A DNA stretch of 64,000 bases from Bdellovibrionota bacterium (lineage in GTDB: Bacteria; Bdellovibrionota_G; JALEGL01; DATDPG01): positions 1,024,001 to 1,088,000 of the forward strand of contig OY764265.1 of the NCBI GenBank assembly GCA_963668355.1, in the 5' to 3' direction. Positions 59,292 through 64,000 of this stretch are shown here, piece after piece. Position 1 is the stretch's first letter, and every line of letters begins with the position of its first letter. Made by a program: the position numbers and the translations under genes. The notes beneath the pieces were generated by a model that was not told the DNA's origin, did not search any database, and saw nothing but the letters and a program-made list of their open reading frames with translations.

Positions 59292-61205
59292 ATGATTACA
59301 GAAACCATTGAAAATAAAACAACTAACCAAATTCCAGACGGTGAGGAGAGCTTTGAAAAGCTCTATCTCGAAAGTCTAAAAGACGAAAAACCCATTAAAG
59401 AAGGCGAAGTCCTCCAAGGAAAGGTCATCAAGATCGGACCTGACATGGTCACGGTCGACATCGGCTATAAATCGGAAGGTCAAATTCCGGTTTCCGAGTT
59501 CCAAGACCCAAGCGGTGAAGTCGAATCCAAAGTGGGCGACACGATTGATGTTTTCTTTGTTGGGACCGAAGAAGATGATGGATCCATCATTCTTTCCAAA
59601 GAAAAAGCTGACAAGCTCAAGATTTGGGAAGAAATCGCTGAAGCCTGCAATCAAGGCGAAGTGATTGAAGGAACCATTGTCAGCCGCGTACGTGGCGGCG
59701 TCTGCGTCGACATCGGCGTTAAGGCTTTCCTTCCTGGATCTCAAATTGACTTAACGCCAATTCGCGATCTGGATGCACTCATCGGCAAGGAATTTCAATT
59801 TAAAATCATTAAATTCAACAAGGTCCGAGGGAACATCGTTCTCTCGCGCAGGGTCTTGCTGGAGAAAGAGCGAGAGCAACTTCGTGAAAAGACCATGGAG
59901 TACCTCCAGGAGGGTGCCATCCTCAAAGGGGCCGTGAAGAACATCACGGATTATGGTGCCTTCATTGACTTGGGTGGTATCGACGGTCTGCTCCACATCA
60001 CGGATATTTCTTGGAAGCGCATCACGCATCCTTCAGAAGTATTGAAGGTGGGTGCGGAAATCGACGTGAAAGTGCTCAAATTCGATTCCGATAAGAATCG
60101 GGTTTCGCTCGGTCTCAAACAGATTACGGAAGATCCTTGGGCAGAAGCCGACATGAGATATCCGAAGAATGCAAAGGTAAGCGGTAAGGTCGTATCCTTA
60201 ACCGATTACGGCGCATTCATCGAAGTCGAAGAAGGCGTGGAAGGCTTGATTCACGTGTCCGAAATGTCTTGGACCAAACGCGTGAAGCATCCTTCAGCTC
60301 TTTTGAACATCGCTGACGAGGTTGAAGCCATTGTGCTCGACATCGACATCGAAAATCGACGCATGTCTTTGGGCTTGAAACAAACGCAGCCCAATCCTTG
60401 GGATGAACTTGTGGCGAAATACCCTCCGGGATCCCGCCTCAATGGCATCATTCGCAACGTGACCGACTTCGGTCTCTTTGTGGAAGTGGAAGATGGCATT
60501 GATGGTTTGATCCACGTATCGGATCTTTCCTGGTCCACCAAAGCCAAGAATCCTCACGATCTTTACAAGAAAGGTGATGAGATCGAGGCGGTGGTTCTTA
60601 ATGTCGATCCCAGTGCGGAACGCTTCTCACTTGGCATCAAACAATTGAGTGACGATCCTTGGCATATCGCCATGGACAAATACTCCATTGGAACGGAAGT
60701 CGATGGTGAAATCGTTAAAATCGCTGAGTTCGGTCTTTTCGTGAAAATCGAAGAGGACATTGAAGCCCTGGTTCATATCTCTGAGATTTCGGATGAGAAA
60801 ATTGATGATCTCACGGAGAAATTCAATATTGGCGACAAAATCAAAGCCATGGTTCTCACGCTGGATCCAGAAGAAAAGAAAATGGGTCTTTCCATTAAGG
60901 CCGCTCAATACGAAGACGGACAACGTCACATGGCTGCTGCTGCGAAGAAGCAGACCGTGGCTCGCCCCACCTTGGGCGACGTCATGAGCGAAGGCCTTAG
61001 AAAGAAAATCCAAGGCAAAAACGAAGATAAAGCAGAAGAAGAAAAGGTCGAAGCGAAAGCCGAAACCTCAGAAGAAGCTGAAACGGAAGCTAAAGTCGAA
61101 GAAGAAGAAAAGGTCGAAGCGAAAGCTGAAACCCCTGAAGAAGCTGAAACAGAAGCCAAAGTCGAAGAAGAAGCAGAAAAAAAAGAAGACGAAGCCAAAG
61201 CTTAA
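59292..61205 (+). CDS. rpsA: 30S ribosomal protein S1
   Basis: Six S1 domains (GYKSEG, AFLPGSQ, DGLLHITD, EGLIHVSE, DGLIHVSD, EALVHISE) plus an acidic tail. Confidence 0.97.
   Translation: MITETIENKTTNQIPDGEESFEKLYLESLKDEKPIKEGEVLQGKVIKIGPDMVTVDIGYKSEGQIPVSEFQDPSGEVESKVGDTIDVFFVGTEEDDGSIILSKEKADKLKIWEEIAEACNQGEVIEGTIVSRVRGGVCVDIGVKAFLPGSQIDLTPIRDLDALIGKEFQFKIIKFNKVRGNIVLSRRVLLEKEREQLREKTMEYLQEGAILKGAVKNITDYGAFIDLGGIDGLLHITDISWKRITHPSEVLKVGAEIDVKVLKFDSDKNRVSLGLKQITEDPWAEADMRYPKNAKVSGKVVSLTDYGAFIEVEEGVEGLIHVSEMSWTKRVKHPSALLNIADEVEAIVLDIDIENRRMSLGLKQTQPNPWDELVAKYPPGSRLNGIIRNVTDFGLFVEVEDGIDGLIHVSDLSWSTKAKNPHDLYKKGDEIEAVVLNVDPSAERFSLGIKQLSDDPWHIAMDKYSIGTEVDGEIVKIAEFGLFVKIEEDIEALVHISEISDEKIDDLTEKFNIGDKIKAMVLTLDPEEKKMGLSIKAAQYEDGQRHMAAAAKKQTVARPTLGDVMSEGLRKKIQGKNEDKAEEEKVEAKAETSEEAETEAKVEEEEKVEAKAETPEEAETEAKVEEEAEKKEDEAKA
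61035..61166 (+). repeat. 2 x 66-bp in-frame tandem repeat in the rpsA tail
   Basis: EEEKVEAKAET(S/P)EEAETEAKVE twice; units start at 61035 and 61101. Confidence 0.92.
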
Positions 61206-61234
61206 GCTAGCATGAGGCTAATTAAAGTCGCTTT

Positions 61235-61278
61235 GAAACGCTCAATTCATCTTTCGATGAATTGAGCGTTTCTTTTTT
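61235..61278 (+). terminator. Intrinsic terminator after rpsA
   Basis: GAAACGCTCAATTCATC-TTTC-GATGAATTGAGCGTTTC followed by T6. Confidence 0.85.
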
Positions 61279-61297
61279 GAATGAAAGACGGTGACAC

Positions 61298-62149
61298 ATG
61301 AAAACGGCAGGAAAAGGATTTAAAATTTTCATTGGATTCCTTCTCGTGGGAATTTTCTTCGAACTCCTCACCATCATTGGTCTTCTCGGAGATGAGATCA
61401 ATCCACATGGAGACATTGCCATCGTGGATGTTCTCGGTCCCATCGAAGGTTCTCGTGAAACCGTACGAACATTGAAAAAGTTTTCCAAGCAAGAGGATGT
61501 AAAAGCCATTGTCCTGCGCGTGGACAGCCCCGGAGGGGTTGTGGGTGCCTCTCAGGAAATTCACGATGCCGTAAAGGAGGCCAATCAGAAAAAACCTTTG
61601 GTGGTGTCGATGGGAAATGTGGCGGCTTCCGGAGGTTACTATGTGTCGGCCCCCGCTCGAAAAATTGTGGCCACGCCCGGAACCATCACTGGATCACTCG
61701 GTGTCATCGCGCAATACTTCATGGTTGGAGAACTTCTCAAAAAGGCCCACCTTCAATGGGAAGTCATCAAAGCCGGAAAGGTCAAGGACATCGGTTCCCC
61801 TTTTCGAAAGATGACCGACGAGGAACGAAAAATTTTAAGTCATATGACCGAAGACATTCATGAACAATTCATCGAAGCCGTTGCCACGGGACGAAAAATG
61901 AAGGTCGATGACGTTCGAAATTTAGCAGACGGACGCGTGGTCTCCGGAAGGCAGGCGCAAAAATTGGGCTTGGTTGATGAGTTGGGCGGTCTTGAGCGGG
62001 CAATTGAAATCGCCGCAAAATTGGGAAACGTTCAAGGAGAACCCAAGGTCATTTATCCCGAAAAAGAACGTTTTCAGTGGCTTGAAAATATCGCCGAAGG
62101 AAAATTGGACACGTCCCTCTTTCGCGTAGAATATCGCCTGGTTCCTTAA
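61298..62149 (+). CDS. sppA: Signal peptide peptidase SppA (short form)
   Basis: LRVDSPGG, AASGGYY, TGSLGV, KDIGSPFR, GLVDELG. Confidence 0.93.
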   Translation: MKTAGKGFKIFIGFLLVGIFFELLTIIGLLGDEINPHGDIAIVDVLGPIEGSRETVRTLKKFSKQEDVKAIVLRVDSPGGVVGASQEIHDAVKEANQKKPLVVSMGNVAASGGYYVSAPARKIVATPGTITGSLGVIAQYFMVGELLKKAHLQWEVIKAGKVKDIGSPFRKMTDEERKILSHMTEDIHEQFIEAVATGRKMKVDDVRNLADGRVVSGRQAQKLGLVDELGGLERAIEIAAKLGNVQGEPKVIYPEKERFQWLENIAEGKLDTSLFRVEYRLVP

Positions 62150-62179
62150 CTTAAAGATTTTACGTGCAATTACGAAACG

Positions 62180-62259
62180 ATGGATTTTGGACCAGATCAA
62201 GGCGGCCGACAATGAGGACCGCTCACAGGAGGCCAACGCGGAGCTGGACCAAAAGACAT
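62180..62259. repeat. 80-bp imperfect palindromic element
   Basis: ATGGATTTTGGACCAG...CTGGACCAAAAGACAT arms around TCAAGGCG...CAACGCG. Confidence 0.55.
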
Positions 62260-62278
62260 GTTTCCATGGTAAAGAACT

Positions 62279-62755
62279 ATGAATAGACTTTGGGCACCTT
62301 GGCGCATTAAGTTCATTTTGGAGCATTTGAAATCCGTGAATTGCGTATTTTGTGACATTCCAAAAGAAAATAAGGATGCCGAGAATTACATTCTCCATCG
62401 ATCCAACCATTGCTTCACGATTTTAAATAAGTACCCCTATAACAGCGGCCACCTCATGGTGATTCCGTATCAGCACACCAATGACCTCACGGCTCTGAGT
62501 GACGAAGCCATGCTGGACATGCAAGTGTGTTTGAAACGAGCCGTCCAGGCCATGAAAACCAAACTCAACCCCCAGGGCTTTAATATTGGGATGAATTTGG
62601 GAGCTGCCGGGGGTGCGGGCATTGCTGACCACCTTCATTATCACGTAGTACCCCGCTGGAACGGCGACACCAACTTCATGCCCGTCTTTGGTGAAACCAA
62701 AATCCTCCCTGAAACACTGGAAGAAACCCACCAACGCTTGATTTCGGCCTTTTAA
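62279..62755 (+). CDS. HIT-family hydrolase
   Basis: LWAPWR, CVFC, NKYPYNSGHLMV, HLHYHVVPRW. Confidence 0.93.
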   Translation: MNRLWAPWRIKFILEHLKSVNCVFCDIPKENKDAENYILHRSNHCFTILNKYPYNSGHLMVIPYQHTNDLTALSDEAMLDMQVCLKRAVQAMKTKLNPQGFNIGMNLGAAGGAGIADHLHYHVVPRWNGDTNFMPVFGETKILPETLEETHQRLISAF

Positions 62756-62766
62756 ATCCAAATCCT

Positions 62767-62793
62767 ATCAAAAGTGAACGTTTCACTTTTGAT
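62767..62793 (+). terminator. Hairpin/terminator after the HIT gene
   Basis: ATCAAAAGTGAA-CGT-TTCACTTTTGAT. Confidence 0.65.
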
Positions 62794-62808
62794 CGTTTCT
62801 CTGTTTTC

Positions 62809-62837
62809 TTGACACCCTGCGGCGTTCCCAATATGAC
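62809..62837 (+). promoter_or_regulatory. Sigma70 promoter
   Basis: TTGACA-N17-TATGAC upstream of the 62871 CDS. Confidence 0.65.
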
Positions 62838-62870
62838 CGTTCCATTAATGGATTTTTTTTAGGAGTGAAT

Positions 62871-64000
62871 ATGCTCGTTCTTCGTTTCAGTGCCGTGTTG
62901 CTTTCGATGTCTTTGCTTTTTTCAGGATCGGTTCATGCGTTTTCATTTGGGGCAAAAACCCAATCTGAGAAAAATCAGAAACTTGAGCAGGCTCTTGAGG
63001 AACGCGACCTAAAAGATACACAAAAGTGGTTGGAAAAAGGTGCCAACGCCGCAGAAATTTTTGATGGGCAACTCGCTCTTTGGCTCGCACGAAACCCTTA
63101 TATTTTTGAGGATTGGCACTGGGACGACGTCGAGACCAGCATACTCAATCAAAAACCTTCGTTTGAGGTTCGAGATGAACACGGAAACTCTGTGTATCAC
63201 CTCTCCACGAATATGAAGCTCTTGGGAGCAGCCCAAGCGGCCGGGGTCAATGTGGACGCAAAGAACCATAAAGGTGAAACTGCATTGTTTTTGACTTTGA
63301 ATGAAATGGTCCACTTGCAATTCAAACTCATGCAACCCAGGAAGTCTGCGGAGAGTTACTATGAACGAAGTTCACAGGCTTCGCGCCTTGCAAATCTTTA
63401 CCGCCGTGCGAGCCTATTTTTGGGTTGGGGGGCTCAAATCGACACGAAGAACGCTGTGGATTGGTCACCTTTGGATGCTCGCGACGAACATGGAAACAAT
63501 ATTTTACATGGAATCGCATCAACCATCATCGCGGAAGCCATTTTGAATACTGGATTTCCCGTTGACCAAGAGAACGACAAAAAAGAAACTCCCCTTTATT
63601 ATGTTTTTCCCCGTGCAAATGGGGAGCTCGTTCGAAATTATTATTCGACACCAGATTTCCGGTTTGGGTCGGTTTTTGGTTTGGTGGATACCTTTTTGGA
63701 GGCTGGGGCCGACACAGAACACACGAACCTGGAAGGCAAAAAACCTTTTGAAGGCTGGAATATTTGGCGTTTTCCGCTTCCGGGCTGTAAAGACCTCAAG
63801 CTTCTCGGCTACCTGATTAAGGAAGACCGATTCGACTTAATTGAACGCCTTTCCGAGCAAGTTCCGTTTCATCCGGCTCCCATTTTCAAAGCATTGGAGA
63901 GAGGCTTTTCATTGGAGGAGATCCGCTTGATGGCAGAAAATTGCGATCTAAAAACACTCCAAACCTATTATCACGGAGAACTTGGCTCGGTCGTTCATGC
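62871..64000 (+). CDS. Exported ankyrin-repeat protein (partial, runs off the window end)
   Basis: Manual translation from an AGGAG-preceded ATG: signal peptide ending VHA; WLEKGAN, GVNVDAKNHKGETALF, RDEHGNNILH, ENDKKETPL, LEAGAD; open to 64000. Confidence 0.85.
   Translation, partial: MLVLRFSAVLLSMSLLFSGSVHAFSFGAKTQSEKNQKLEQALEERDLKDTQKWLEKGANAAEIFDGQLALWLARNPYIFEDWHWDDVETSILNQKPSFEVRDEHGNSVYHLSTNMKLLGAAQAAGVNVDAKNHKGETALFLTLNEMVHLQFKLMQPRKSAESYYERSSQASRLANLYRRASLFLGWGAQIDTKNAVDWSPLDARDEHGNNILHGIASTIIAEAILNTGFPVDQENDKKETPLYYVFPRANGELVRNYYSTPDFRFGSVFGLVDTFLEAGADTEHTNLEGKKPFEGWNIWRFPLPGCKDLKLLGYLIKEDRFDLIERLSEQVPFHPAPIFKALERGFSLEEIRLMAENCDLKTLQTYYHGELGSVVH

Overview
A 64-kb, gene-dense chromosomal window from a deltaproteobacterium-like organism. 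The Bdellovibrionota/Myxococcota affinity is inferred from carD-ispD-ispF synteny, stand-alone PilZ and MshEN proteins, a lid-less Hsp70 paralogue and sigma54 promoters. Housekeeping genes: galU, dksA, bioY, OppABC-type transporter, lipB-hisS-aspS-rnhB-yraN, rpe, def/fmt, pyrD, carD-ispDF, rarA, metG, leuS-holA, rpsT/rpsA-sppA-HIT and tRNA-Leu(CAG). Between them lie many exported hypothetical proteins, three GT-C-type membrane glycosyltransferases, five putative c-di-GMP receptors, a kinase/sigma54-activator/coiled-coil/beta-barrel operon and an ACD plus CoA-transferase-GNAT pair. No CRISPR array, transposase, integrase, prophage or rRNA was seen. Most notable unexplained items: a ~200-nt rod-like structured element at 35.0-35.2 kb; an operon of exported Gly/Tyr-rich and six-Cys proteins at 50-51.4 kb; an fmt gene with no canonical start codon upstream of its conserved first motif; a sigma54-driven 53-aa microprotein missing from the ORF track; a lipoprotein whose signal peptide is broken by one base; and several palindromic intergenic elements. 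All family assignments come from motif recognition by eye, not from database searches.
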